A stretch of 62,716 bases of DNA, filler included, from Choristocarpus tenellus KU-1152 (taxonomy: Eukaryota > Protista > Phaeophyceae), in assembly GCA_964200185.2 (NCBI GenBank). It is 12 parts of 12 records of this genome, joined end to end, with 100 filler letters (N's around TTAATTAATTAA, not from the genome) between each part and the next. Parts side by side here need not be neighbours in the genome. Positions count along the whole stretch, not along the records: positions 50,678 to 54,435 come from CAXNAD020018110.1; positions 54,536 to 62,716 come from CAXNAD020005038.1; 10 more parts are not named here. One strand, given 5' to 3'. Shown piece after piece: positions 51,150-62,716 of this stretch. The notes beneath the pieces were generated by a model. The model made no database searches. It was not told the origin of the DNA and was given only the letters and a program-made list of their open reading frames with translations. A program made the position numbers and the translations under genes. Each line of letters starts with the position of its first letter. Position 1 is the stretch's first letter.

Positions 51150-52648
51150 CTACGTGAATAGACTGTGGTTCACGATATCTTGAGTACAAATTACGCCGCA
51201 AATGATAGCCTTCGCCATCATATTGCTTAAGTCAGCAGCAGTCAGAAATATCAGTGGGTCAGGGTCAGAGTTAGGACGTTTGCTGGGGCGCCACGATAGT
51301 GCCCTTTCGCTTTCACTGTTGAATTGTTCGTGTACAGTTCCGTGTGGTTTGGCGTGGTACAGGTATGTTTGTGAGAATGAGGGGAAAATGCTTGTGTGCA
51401 ATATCAGTGGTCTGAGAGAGCGAAAGGATGAATAAAACTTCTAAGAATTCGACTAACCATTGCATCTAATCCTCTCTCAGTCCTTTCAATTATTAGTCCA
51501 AACCACCATTCATCAAGCTCCATATTATTATTATTTTTACTACTACTATTGTTACTACTATTTTAATATTGCTATTAATATTTTTTAGTACTACTGTACT
51601 ATTACTACTATTTTAATGTTACTATTATAATTATTCTTTCTACAACTATTGTTATTTAGATTATTATTTTATTATTTATGTTCCCATCTTGTACAAGTCA
51701 TATAATAATAGCCAACCTTAATATAATGTTTTTCTTGATGTATAGTTTAAACTACACCATACACTAGTATAATGCTTTATAGAGTAGTTTCGTGTGTAAG
51801 AGAAACTTATAAAATCAAAATACAATGACACTGATGGGGTGGCCGAGATGTAAGTTACATTGAGCGAATCGTTAGTACGCAGTTACCTTGCAAAAAATGT
51901 AATAGTAGTCGAATCAACTGAGAGGTAGGCAGGGATGCATTTCAAGGATCACGCGAAATGGCAAAAATACGTCATTTTGCACGATCACAGAAAGAAGCCT
52001 ATGCTATGCTGGATTCTGGTTTCACTTCATGTGCGGAAAGGGGAATATCAATTTTACGTGCACTATATTATAGCCCACTTAACGCAATGTAATAGGATAT
52101 ATTGCAGAGGGCAAGAAAGATGGCTTAGAATGCAGAAGGGGCCAAACCTACCAACCTCTAAATTGGTTTTGACTCTTGAACTGAACCCCCATTAACTATA
52201 TTATTTTTCTGTTTCAGCTTGTTTCTTACCCTAGTAACATTATTAACTTCTATTCCTTACAATGTTGTGATGTATCCCTACATGTCTCATGACATTATGT
52301 ACTCGGAGTAGATACGAGTATCTAACGTGGGGCCGCGGTTTCGAGACTGGCACTGTACGATTTCATGTAATAAATCAGGATGATACATGTCGGACTGTTT
52401 GTACCAATTGGAGAGAGCATCGCGATGTCATACCCCTGCACCAATCTGCATTGTAGCAGCTGCCGGAAAATTAGGAGTGACCTGGATTAATTAGCCAGCA
52501 GTCCCTCCCTCCCAAGGACCTGCCCATCATAACCTCCAACATTCGTTCTTCTCAACTTCACACACACTATGGTACAAGTTTCTCATATATTCAAAATCTA
52601 TCATGTAGTAGAAGCAAAATTGATGCTCAGGTTGATCACAAGGATCAG
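51150..52648 (-). CDS. Candidate last two exons of an unknown gene
   Basis: Exons 52648-52534 (DPCDQPEHQFCFYYMIDF...CWR) and 51411-51150 (PLILHTS...stop) join in phase; a possible upstream exon lies near 53180-53099. No family recognised. Confidence 0.4.
51906..52175. mobile_element. MITE family B (B2) copy, uninterrupted
   Basis: (T)AGTCGAATCAACTGAGAGG ... CCTCTAAATTGGTTTTGACTC; colinear with the 32191 copy once its insert is removed. Confidence 0.85.
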
Positions 52649-53681
52649 CTTTTGTGGGGTAACAGCGAGTATTAGGAGAGTTTTTTTTTTTTTTCGTTTG
52701 GAGCATGCCTTGGCATGGTGATCTCATCTAATGCGACTTCTATTCCCCCCCCCCCTCCCCCCCCCGACCCTTGATCGCATCGCATCACAAAAAAAATCAT
52801 GAATCAAGTAGAGTGGTCCATGGTAATGACCCCATCCTGAACATTACATACATGTTCATCAAACGCATATTACATATGGCCTGCTATACTACAATAGCTA
52901 CCTATTTTTTTTGCAGTGACATACGAGCATATTTATATTATTATTATTATGGCATATATGCAGCTGGAATGTAAAGGCCATAATATAACTGACTGGTTGG
53001 AGTAATGTGTAAGCATAGACTGGGGAAGGATGGGGTAGTAAATCTAACCTCTCTCAATGCATTGCGCTTTTCTGTTTTTATTTTCTACTTCTAGCTCACC
53101 TCGCTTTGCAATCTCTTGAGTTTATGCCTGAGATATGCCACGGTCTCCCTCTCGATGGCCAGAGACTGAGTGGCATCTATCTGGAAGTATTGAGGGTGAT
53201 TGGGGCTTAGAGAAGATCATACGACAAAATGGTACTCTTGGCTTATTGATAGTGCGACATGCAGAGCATGCTGTCTTATGTCAGGTATGTCCAACCCATG
53301 CAAATTCATACATTTGTTGGATGACGCGAGTCTTTTTCAAATGCAACCATCAGGACTATTGTTTCATTTTTTGGAGGGGACCTTTGGATGTCCGTTGTGG
53401 GGGCCTATCTATCAATGCGACAATGCTGTCTTGACAGTGCTGAATGCAGTCTTAAGATCAACTGTATTCAAATTAGTACAAATGATACTGGCCAAAAGAA
53501 GAATGGAGGTGACTTGAAGTACAAGCAAGGATCAAGGTGATGCCAAGATTGCTCCTAATGAGCGGGATGCATAGGGGTTAGGGTTAGGGTTAGGTTCATT
53601 TTTATTACTGAACGTGACATATGGGCTGTTGTACTGTTGGTGCGAATCTTTCTTGAAATAGAAAATTACAAATCGGATTGC

Positions 53682-53943
53682 GAGCCAAAGTATCTTAGGG
53701 TTAGGGTAGAGCCGCGTCCACTTGGGGGCCAAAATTAAATGTTGCAATTTTGATGTAATTTTGACTATCGTGTATGTAAGAAAGTGTCAATATCCATGTT
53801 TGGACAGACATTTTCATAACGTACACACTTTCCCCACTCCGAAACAATTTGGAGTAGGAAAATGTCATAAGAGAACCCATAGGAAGCCAAGCCCGAAATG
53901 GACAAAAAGGGCAAAACTCGTACCCTCTAAGATACTTTCACTC
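53682..53943. mobile_element. MITE family A copy (reverse orientation), TSD TTGC, (TTAGGG)2 in TIR
   Basis: TTGC|GAGCCAAAGTATCTTAGGGTTAGGGTAGAG ... AAGATACTTTCACTC|TTGC. Confidence 0.95.
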
Positions 53944-54656
53944 TTGCGTACCTCAGAAAAATGACATATTGGCACTGGATCTATGAGGGAATGGATGAAC
54001 AAACACAAAGCTCCTCTACTCCCAAGAAATCACTTTGATTCTAGGGTTGTCCACCATCATCGCAACATGATGTTTGAATTGTGTTGTAGTTCTCCTTTGT
54101 CAGATGAGCAATACTATGGGAGGGAGGAGGGGACGTAATTTTCAAATTTGAAAGATGGGAAATGCCTTTTGAAATCGAAAAGTGAATGGTGGGGTGCTAA
54201 CCAAATGAATAATGTGGCACAACAGTGGAGTCACACATTGGCTTACCTGAATAGGGCCAGGTTTGCAGTGTTAAACTTCCTTGGCTTGTTGGTTTGCATT
54301 CCACTCTATCTTCGTACTGGAATATCATCATGCACACCCACTCCCCCCCCCCCCCCAGCAATTTCTGTATTGGAACCCATTTTTTCCCCCTCCTCTTTTC
54401 CTTCAGATCGGAAGACCGTTGGGTAGGGCAAGAGTNNNNNNNNNNNNNNNNNNNNNNNNNNNNNNNNNNNNNNNNNNNNTTAATTAATTAANNNNNNNNN
54501 NNNNNNNNNNNNNNNNNNNNNNNNNNNNNNNNNNNCGATACTACCTTCCCTCTCTATGCCAAGTTCTGTCTTTGACCTAGACCCTCTCCCCAATCCACGC
54601 CCCATCCACAGGTCTCTTCCTGCCCCCCCCTCCTCTGCCTCCCCTCCAACGCCTAC

Positions 54657-57600
54657 CTCCTGTTTGACCCCTGACTTTTCTTCCCCTGCAGTCACCTCCC
54701 TCACACGCCTCTCAAAACGGTTCTTAAGGTGGCGGTTATGAATGCGAACAACACGTGTGATCTTGATGCCCGGCGCCCCAGCGTCTTTTCCGTTGGTTTC
54801 GTTGTTGGCCTGTTCAGTCACAGAGATGTACATCTCAGGTGCCTCCAATAGTATACGTATGTGTGGGATAGCAATACATGCAAAGGTTCTTTGGGCAATG
54901 CAACAGCGTTTGTTCAACCAATCAACTGAACCTTAGAAAGTCTCATTGTTCAATGTACTATGAGGTTCCTTCCTTGAAACAATTGATTTCAACAAACACA
55001 TTTCACATCACGCATAAACCATATATAAAGTCTCCCACTAGTTCCCAGAAAACTACACATTGGCATGGATTTTATTACCTTGACTTCCTCACTACGATTG
55101 AAAGTATCTTGAAAGGGTAAGAGTTTTTCCGTGTCTGTTCATTTGGGGGTTGGCTTCCCAGCGGGTTTTTAATGGCATTTTACCTCTCTAAAATGTTTCA
55201 GAGTAGGTAAAATGTATACGATATGAAAGGTGTGTCTGGAACAAGGATATTGACATCTCCTAATAAACACGATAGACAAAATTACATCAAAAGTGCAACA
55301 TTGGATTTTGGTCCCCATATGGGCGCGGCTCTACCCTCTAAGATACTTTGAGTCTGCATACATGAAACAGGGGGTTCACAGGTTGGAGATTTTGTTGTGT
55401 TCAAGTTGGGCACTGAGGTTTGGGGTTGAGGGGCCAAAGATTGTCATACCGTGCACGAAGGTATTAATACCAAGAACCCCTGGTGATTGTAAAATGCATG
55501 GGCCAAGCACTGTGAATATATGTCTTGATTTAAGGATTTCTGGCAGCACTTCAGGGATGTCGACATACATTATTCTGCTTCCCCTTACCATTTTAATGTC
55601 AACTCGGGATTTCACCAGTTCAGCACAGGAACTGAACCACACATCTCCAGGCCGCCCTTCCTCAAAGCGTACATTACCCCCTGTATCAAATTCCAGCTTG
55701 AGCTCGGATATCGATCTTTGGCATGCTTGTGCAACCTCATGCCTGAAACATCCCAGCTTTGTTTCGATGGGTTGTTGGTAAGGTTGGGCAAGAGCGGCAA
55801 GTAGGAGTGGGGGCAGGAGGATGAAAGTTAGATATTCAAGGTTGTGGTGGTGTTGGATTGCACTGAACATCACGGGCAATGGTAGAGTGCTTTTGAATGG
55901 AGGCATGTGTGCCTTGAGGGAGGTTTGGTGAAGGTTTGTTCTTGGAGGAAGCAACAGGGATGTCCATTGCACAAGGTTGATGATATGTAGGGTGTGGAAC
56001 ACTTCATAGGCAGTGTTTTATGTACTCTCGTGAAGAAAGGCATGCCCATGTTGAGGGAGCTGAGAAGTATGAAGTATAGTGGTTTTTCTGGAGGTCCACT
56101 TTGACAACAACAATGAACAACAGCGGAATGTCAATGAAACCTCTTACTGTCAGTGATACACATCATACTACAATAGTTTGCCAACACGCCAATTCCCCCT
56201 AACTTACTCGTCATTTCTAGACATAATCGGAAGTCGATCGCTTTCTTTTGTCCTATTTATTTTTAGGGTAAGAACAAGGTTGTGTGTGTAATGCATGTGG
56301 TCTTAGAAGCAAGAGTGAAAGTACCTTAGAGGGTACGAGTTTTGCCCTGTTTGTCAATTTGGGACTTGACTTCCCTCGGGGTTTTTCATGACATCTTTCT
56401 TGTCCAAAAATATTTCGGAGTAGGTGAAACGTATATGTAATGAAAAGGTGTGTCCTGAACTAGAATCTTGACACTTCCTAACAAACACGATAGCCAAAAT
56501 TTCATCAAAATCACAACATTGGATTTTGGCCCCCAAATGGACGCGCCTCTACCCTCTAAGGTAATTTGGCTCCAATGTAGAAGCTCGAGAGGAGGTGGTA
56601 GATTCAGCGGTAAAAAAACATATTGAGTGTCTTAGCTGGCAAGGTAAACTGTGTGAGTGATGGGAACTATATGCTAGGGTTGGAGGAAGGTACATTGCTA
56701 GGAGGAAGACATCTGCAGATCATATCAACTGAGAAGAAAAATAGGTATATCCTGGAGCAGGAATCGTGATCTATCTCCACTTAAACCGAAGAAGTGGTGC
56801 TGTTCTCATGGGTAATGCTCACCAAGATACAGCTATGCCCCTATCTCGTTCAAGTGTGATGGCAACACTACTCCGAGGTACGTAGTGCTGCATATACTAA
56901 GTGCGAATAAAGGGTGAAGAGAGTATTCTCCATTGTGGGGCCGAGGTGAAGCTTAATCCTACATCTAGACCTCGCTCCAATAGATTCCTGAGGTATAACA
57001 AAGTGCTGACTACTTCAAACCAAAAGGAGATGAGACAAAAAAGAGACATGGTTGCACCACCACCCTCCTATCAATCACTAGTAACCTCTGCACTTCCCTC
57101 CTGCTTCCTGTCACCAGCTTGTTTGTCCATTCTCCTCAGATTAGAATTTCTGACCTTCTCTGACTTCATTCTGCATTCTTCATGTTCATTCACACAATCC
57201 ATATCCTTACCCTCTTGTGTAACATGTCGCCATCTCAAAGTGCCGTAAACACAACGTTTTACCTCATTTTTTCTATTTTGGTATGCTGAACAATCAAAAA
57301 TGGGAGGGGATGGGGGACGTATGACATGATCTGCAGGCACAGCGGTAGAGAGTCTGCAGCAAATGTTCTGGTTGTTAGGACTACAGTTGTGGAGGGAATG
57401 CAGTACAGTTAGTGCCAGTCATTTAAAAACTTCGATGGCCTGGGACAAAACTTCAGTTGGTTCAGTCTGTTGCAGAGGCTGGGACGGGCATGTAGTATTT
57501 TACAACAAGATGCAAATCATTTACATCTTCTGAAGTGCAAAACAGTTCTTCTCCATCCACTCCCATCACCTGCCCCTTCACCAAACACAATCTGGTACTG

Positions 57601-57933
57601 CATCCTTGCTTGTGTTTAAATCCACAAAGTATCTGGCAAACAAGATACCACATTCGCAGTAGGTGGTCATGACATCGACTCACTTGTTCTTCCATTGTAT
57701 GAAGGACACCTTGAACCACATCCACGGCTTTGGCCAGGGCAGTTGACTTAGCCTCCAGCTGCAGCCTAGCTAGCACATCCCCTGTTCCCATTCGGTGTGG
57801 CTCATGCTGCTCTCCATGACTTTCTTGTGCTGGACTTGCATGATTATGGTGACTGTGTGGGTGGGGGGGGTTGAAGGGGTTCCCACCTCCCATCCAGGAC
57901 CTCACCATCTCCTTGGGTAGAGACAACGGCATC
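54657..57933 (-). CDS. LRRC9: LRRC9-like protein, three internal exons
   Basis: Exons 57933-57684, 55756-55589 and 54809-54657 join in phase. LEFDTGGNVRFEEGRPGDVWFSSCAELVKSR and GIKITRVVRIHNRHLKNRFE match the LRRC9 central region as I recall it (ELET.GN..FEEG...D.WF..C.EL..SR; V.R...NR.LR..FE). Extra exons in the 1.9-kb intron cannot be excluded. Confidence 0.78.
55096..55354. mobile_element. MITE family A copy, intronic
   Basis: GATTGAAAGTATCTTGAAAGGGTA ... TACCCTCTAAGATACTTTGAGTC. Confidence 0.9.
56313..56572. mobile_element. MITE family A copy, intronic, flanks CAA/CAA
   Basis: CAA|GAGTGAAAGTACCTTAGAGGGTA ... TACCCTCTAAGGTAATTTGGCTC|CAA. Confidence 0.93.
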
Positions 57934-57982
57934 CTGGGAAAGAAAGAGGACACAGCATGTGTGTTGGAGGATTCCAGCAAAA

Positions 57983-58209
57983 GAGTGAAAGTATCTTAGA
58001 GGGTACAAGTTTTACCCTGTTTGTCCATTTGTGACTTGTCTTCCCACGGGTTTATAATGACATTTCACCCACTCCAAAACGTTTCGGAGTAGGTAAAATG
58101 TATACCTTATGTAAAGGTATGTCCGGAACAATGATAATGAAACTTCCCAACAAACACAATAGCCAAAATTACATCAAAATCGCAACTCTTGATTCAGCCG
58201 CCAAACGGA
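57983..58209. mobile_element. MITE family A copy truncated at the copia boundary
   Basis: Follows the consensus to ...CCAAACGGA, then stops; the right TIR is missing. Confidence 0.85.
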
Positions 58210-61200
58210 TATTGAATAACCTCGTGTTATCCTTACCTTGTCCGTGCTAATATAAGTATATAGTGCAAAATGTCAGAGGGCATAATAATAAGTATATAAC
58301 ATAGGTTTCATGTATATTTATCTTTAGTTCGGTACAATGCAAAATAGGGAAGTACATAGCAGTATGATGAGCCAATATTTATTCATACGTCAGTGATGAT
58401 GGATGACTGGCAGGAAATTAATAATTCAGTATATGTTTTACGATGTGACTCAACTAGCGGCTTTGGGTGATGAGCCTTACATGCACTACGTTTCTTATCA
58501 CACCTGTGAGTGCCTTAATCAACAAACTTTAGCTAGGGGAGGCGCAGTCGAACTGGATTAGTTTGAGTTGGTTAACATCATTCATGGCTTCTGATGGTTT
58601 TCACACCAAACTCCTCCTACTTACGGAAGACAATTATGCAGATTGGTTCGCCACAATGTGTGCATTTTGGGCGCAAAGAGCGACACTGATGAGGCGTTGG
58701 AGTATAGGGAGGAACCTATCAGGGTGGGTGACATAGATTTTATCAAGGGGGAAAATGTGGATGAAGAAGAGATCACCAAGGCCAAGAACGCGTATGATGT
58801 CCTGCTGAGGAGTACCAGCGGGTTTTACAGGTGCATTGTTCGCAATGCCTCAGCACCATCAGAGGCTTGGGGGCAACTGGAGGAGCATTTTCTCATTCAC
58901 TCAGATGAGGAAATAGCACGGCTCCAGAAAAAGGTGATGAACGTCAAAATGCAATGGGGATCTGACCTCCAAGTCACCTTCACTATGATGTTAGATTGGG
59001 TTGGGCAGACGGCAATGATGAGGCATGCAATGTCCGAACAAGTACTTCAAATTTCCATGCTGGACTATTCGACTATCAAATCACCAAGCATTATCTTCAA
59101 CACCATACTAAGGGTGAGCGTTCAAGGGCGTCGATTCAAAACTCCACTCGTTCATGATACTTCTTGTTCCAACGGGAAGTAGCTGATCGCGGGAAGCCTG
59201 GGAGCACCCTTGCCGCCGGGATCATAAGCTCATTGAGGAGCTTCCAGATGGCCAGCCGAGGAGGCGGCCTGAGTAAGACTGGTCACCGTACAGCCCCTGG
59301 TTCAACAGGATCCCGTACCAGGGGCCAGACCAAGGCACTTGAAAAATGTCACAAGTGTGGATTTGCTAAACGTGCAGGTCCTTGCACATATAGAGGACTG
59401 TCCTACAGCTGCGGGAATAGAGACCACCAGCAAGCTGTTTACTCTCAGAGGAGGGTGGCACCACCAAAAGGGGTGGGAAGTTTAAGTTTCCAGAGCGTAA
59501 CTCTGCTAAAGTCGGCGGAAGAACTAGCTGGATCAGAGGAACTGGCTAGGACAGGAGAAAGTTAAAGATCATGTTGGTCGCTATAGCTAATAATGTCAAG
59601 GTGAGCCGATGCGATATAGAGAGATGGTATTTTGATTCGGGGGCATCCAATAGTGTGACTAAAGACCCAACGAATCTGTATGACTTCACCCCATGTTCAC
59701 AAGGCCGCAACATGACTGTGGCTGATGGCACATCAATATCCATTGTAGGATATGGTAAACTTGATTTAAATTTCAACGTAGGTCTTGATGAGTGGGTGCA
59801 CGTTACTTTGGGGTCAGTTGCATTAGTCCCAGATCTTGCCTTTAAATTAATCTCTTCACACTCGGCTGGTATGGTAAAAGACGTGACAATCAAGGGAGCT
59901 AGTGTGGCGTACTTCATATCTGATGGGGAGGGTCTCCCACTTGTTTTGAAGTGAGATAGATCCATGTATACAGCTGACACCGAAAGGTTACCACCCCCAG
60001 AAGATGCACCCCTTGTCGCAAATATCTTGTCTGCCCACATGCACATCAACGTTTTTCATCGGATTTTGAACCATGCCAGTGAGCTCATCCTCCTCCGTAC
60101 AGCAAAAGAACAAGGGATCAAGGTGTCCGGAAATCTAGCTTCAACAAAATATGTGGGGTGTGCCAAGGGTACTCGAATCAGTGAACCCATCCCCAAATCT
60201 TCCACTGTACGAGCTAAAGGACCTTTCATCGGCATTTTCATTGACCTCACTGGACCCAAGAAAGATCGATCTCTCGGAGGAGCCCAGTACACCTTGGCAA
60301 TTGTTGATGATGCCATACGCTTTTTCTGGATTCAACTACTTAAGAACAAAAATAGTGCAGCCAAAGCCTTTGGATGATGGTTCAACACCGATCTAATTCC
60401 CTGTGGGCAACGCATTCACTATATTCAACATGACCTGGGGGTGAGTGGCAAAGTGAAGATTTTCAGCCTTTGGTGGTGGAAATGGGTGCAGTGCAGGAAA
60501 TGACCAGAACAGGAGAACCACAGTACAATGGCGTGGCTGAACGTTGCATCGATCAAGTTGGCGGTGGGGCCCAGGCTAGCATTGATTCTGCTGGATTGGG
60601 TGATAAAATGTGGTTGTGGGGAGAGGCGTATAATCATTCAGCACCCATCCTGAACAGAAGCTCTGCCACTGCCAATAAGGGGATCTCACCTTATCGCGCA
60701 CTTTATGGGGAAGTTGGATTGCTGATGGGTGTCCCGGCTTTCGGCACCCCTGGATACTACAAGTCCAGCCCAGGACACAAGCTTGGGAGCTGTGAATAAC
60801 ACTGTATCATGCTCGGGATGTCAGACAACCAACCCCATGGCACTTTTCAAGTCCTCTGGATCTCAGCACTAATCATGTACTTCAATGTGCCAACGTCCAT
60901 TGGCAGGTACGATTTCTAATTTCTGATTTGAACGGGATGATGAAGATTTGGATGACACCCCAGCCACCCCCCTCTTTCGCTTGTTTTGTGAGTTGTGATA
61001 GAGCTGTGAGGGTGCATCCTTCCTCCTCATGGTCGCAGAAGGACTGGTGAGATCCAAGAGATAGGGGGTGTATGTACTGATGATGGAATCTACTTGATTG
61101 AAGGAGGATTAGGTGATGGTGATGAATCTAAAGCTACCTGTGGTCTGATGGTGAAATTGTGGATGACGACACCATTGGTGGAGATGACAACGGGATGGAT

Positions 61201-62663
61201 GAGACCAAGGGCAGTTAATGCGACAGGGAACCTTGATGACTCAGCATTGGAAATGGTGAAAACAAAACAACACCCTTCCTCGCCGCACCAGATCTGGTAA
61301 CCGTAACAATACTTCTCAAAAAGGTGCTATTTTCGACATGTCCATTTTTCTTCACTTGCTTGTCTGTTTCCATAGAGACTACCCTCGTGATGCGTGCGAG
61401 TGATGATTCTATTAGAGTGTTAGCGGATGAGCTCCCTACAGAACCTAAGACTGTAAGAGCAGCATGTAGCTACCCAAATGTGATTTATGGGATCGAGCTA
61501 GAACAGAAGAGATGTCTGGTTTGCTGTTAAAGAATATTTGTGTGGAGGCTCTATTACCCCTTGGACGCAGGACAATAGACACTAAATTGATTCACAAGCG
61601 TAAGACTAACAAATTTGGTGAGGTAGTGAGATACAAGGCACGATTGGTAGCAAAAGGGTTTGGAAAGATAAAGGGTTTAGATTACAAAGACAACTTTGCT
61701 CCAACACCATTGCCTGCGCCTTTGAAAAGTGTTTTAGCATTAGCTGCAGACAAGGATTGGGAACTGAAGCATTGGGATGTGAAGCAAGCTTTAATCCAGG
61801 CAGACAGTAGTGAAGAGATTTTTGCGTGTTTATTATATGGATGTGGTATATGGTCAGAAAATATTGTATGTTTAGTGAAAGCCCTTTATGGCACTAACAA
61901 GGTAGCAGGGAGTTTATAATCTGTTGGTGAATGTTTTGGAACAGTGTGGTTTTGAGGAATACAGAGCAGATCCCTGTGTATTATGCTATGTAAGAGATGT
62001 CGTTGTTGTGCTGTGATACCCCCCCACGTTGATGATCTTTTGGTAGCTGGTATAATATTTGTTTTGATTTAGGTTCACTCTAGGATTAAGGAGTAGGTTT
62101 CCATAGAAGACTTTGGTGACCTTGAGTATTATATGGGTTGTGAGATATCACGTGACAAAATTGCACAGACTGCCACCTTCAGTCAGAATAGATACATTAA
62201 GAGTATTTGTCAAAGATTTGGTATGGATTGTTAGAACACTAGTAAACCCCTGTGTCTACCGACCAGGTATTCAGCTGACTACCTCCTCAGGGGTTTACTA
62301 GTGTTCTAACCAACGCTACAGTCATGGAATCGAATCCTGGCATGGTTACATGGTTACACGTTCGTCAAAAGGCTAAACACGCCGCCAGGATACACAACCT
62401 CACATTAGTAACTACCCCGCCGAAGTTGGTCACTGATTAGGGGAATAGCAACCCTCGGGCGGAACCTCATCAAGTCTGACAACTTGCGTGACTATCTGCT
62501 CGGTAGACACAGGAGTTTACTAATGTTCTAACATGGATGCTGGGCAAAGAAAAGGGTTGTACCCCATGATCTCTCAAGGAATTTCGACAAGAGTGGGGAT
62601 CATCCAAGTCTTGCTGAAAATGCGCCGTACAGAGAGGCAGTTGGTACTCTGATGTGGGCATCT
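58210..62663 (+). mobile_element. Ty1/copia LTR retrotransposon, decayed, 3'-truncated
   Basis: Candidate 5' LTR 58210-58524 (TATTGA...TCAACA). gag from 58584 (L...NY.DW), eroded Zn knuckles, protease WYFDSGAS, integrase HRILNH, IDLTGP, IVDDA, PQYNGVAER, then RT YKARLVAKGF, HWDVKQA, KALYG, HVDDL, YREAVGTLMW. Order PR-INT-RT is the copia order. Confidence 0.95.
62229..62533. mobile_element. 305-bp TGT...ACA insertion with ~44-bp TIRs and 5-bp TSD TGGAT
   Basis: TGGAT|TGTTAGAACACTAGTAAACCCCTGTGTCTACCGA ... TCGGTAGACACAGGAGTTTACTAATGTTCTAACA|TGGAT; interrupts copia RT after ..RFGMD. Confidence 0.9.
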
Positions 62664-62716
62664 GGGTCAGAGTATCTGGGGGGGGTCGGCGTCCGTTTTT
62701 CACCCTTTTTTCGATT
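62664..62716. mobile_element. Family D element terminus inserted in the copia
   Basis: GGGTCAGAGTATCTGGGGGGG..GTCCGTTTTTCACCCTTTTTTCGATT. Confidence 0.75.

Noticed and set aside
6414-54535. Recurrent TTAATTAATTAA palindrome
   Set aside because: Always centred in 100-bp N blocks; it is an artificial contig joiner. Adjacency across spacers has no biological meaning.
58525-58560. tRNA-derived primer-binding site after the candidate LTR
   Set aside because: No TGG start and no confident tRNA complementarity.
312-62703. Most short ORFs in the supplied track
   Set aside because: Antisense shadows, MITE or microsatellite read-throughs, or intronic chance ORFs in a spliced eukaryotic genome.

Overview
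This is not one locus and it is not prokaryotic. It is 12 short eukaryotic contigs joined by 11 artificial 100-bp spacers (N-run, TTAATTAATTAA, N-run). Intron-rich genes, TTAGGG repeats, an 'ADA-F' bipartite plastid-targeting signal and an LRRC9-like ciliary gene point to a photosynthetic stramenopile, probably a brown alga (inference). Supported host genes are all partial: (1) a 9-exon signal-peptide + Cys-rich ricin-B-like + ankyrin gene with one GC-AG intron; (2) an ankyrin gene with a PAM2 motif in a long insert; (3) an LRRC9-like gene; (4) the first exon of a probable plastid-targeted protein; plus a few weaker exons. Most of the rest is transposon-derived: a decayed Ty1/copia, a tyrosine-recombinase (Ngaro/DIRS-type) retrotransposon, RTE-like LINE, Penelope-like, Gypsy-like and piggyBac-like remnants, and about 24 copies of four related short inverted-repeat elements (families A-D, mostly GRG...CYC ends). 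The most unusual signals are: two independent insertions of family A into nearly the same site of family B; mixed 3/4-bp target duplications; telomeric TTAGGG appearing inside MITE termini; a 19-bp minisatellite born inside a MITE; and a 305-bp TGT...ACA element with three repeat arms. All protein-family calls come from motif recognition by eye; no searches were run. No CRISPR, rRNA or tRNA was recognised.
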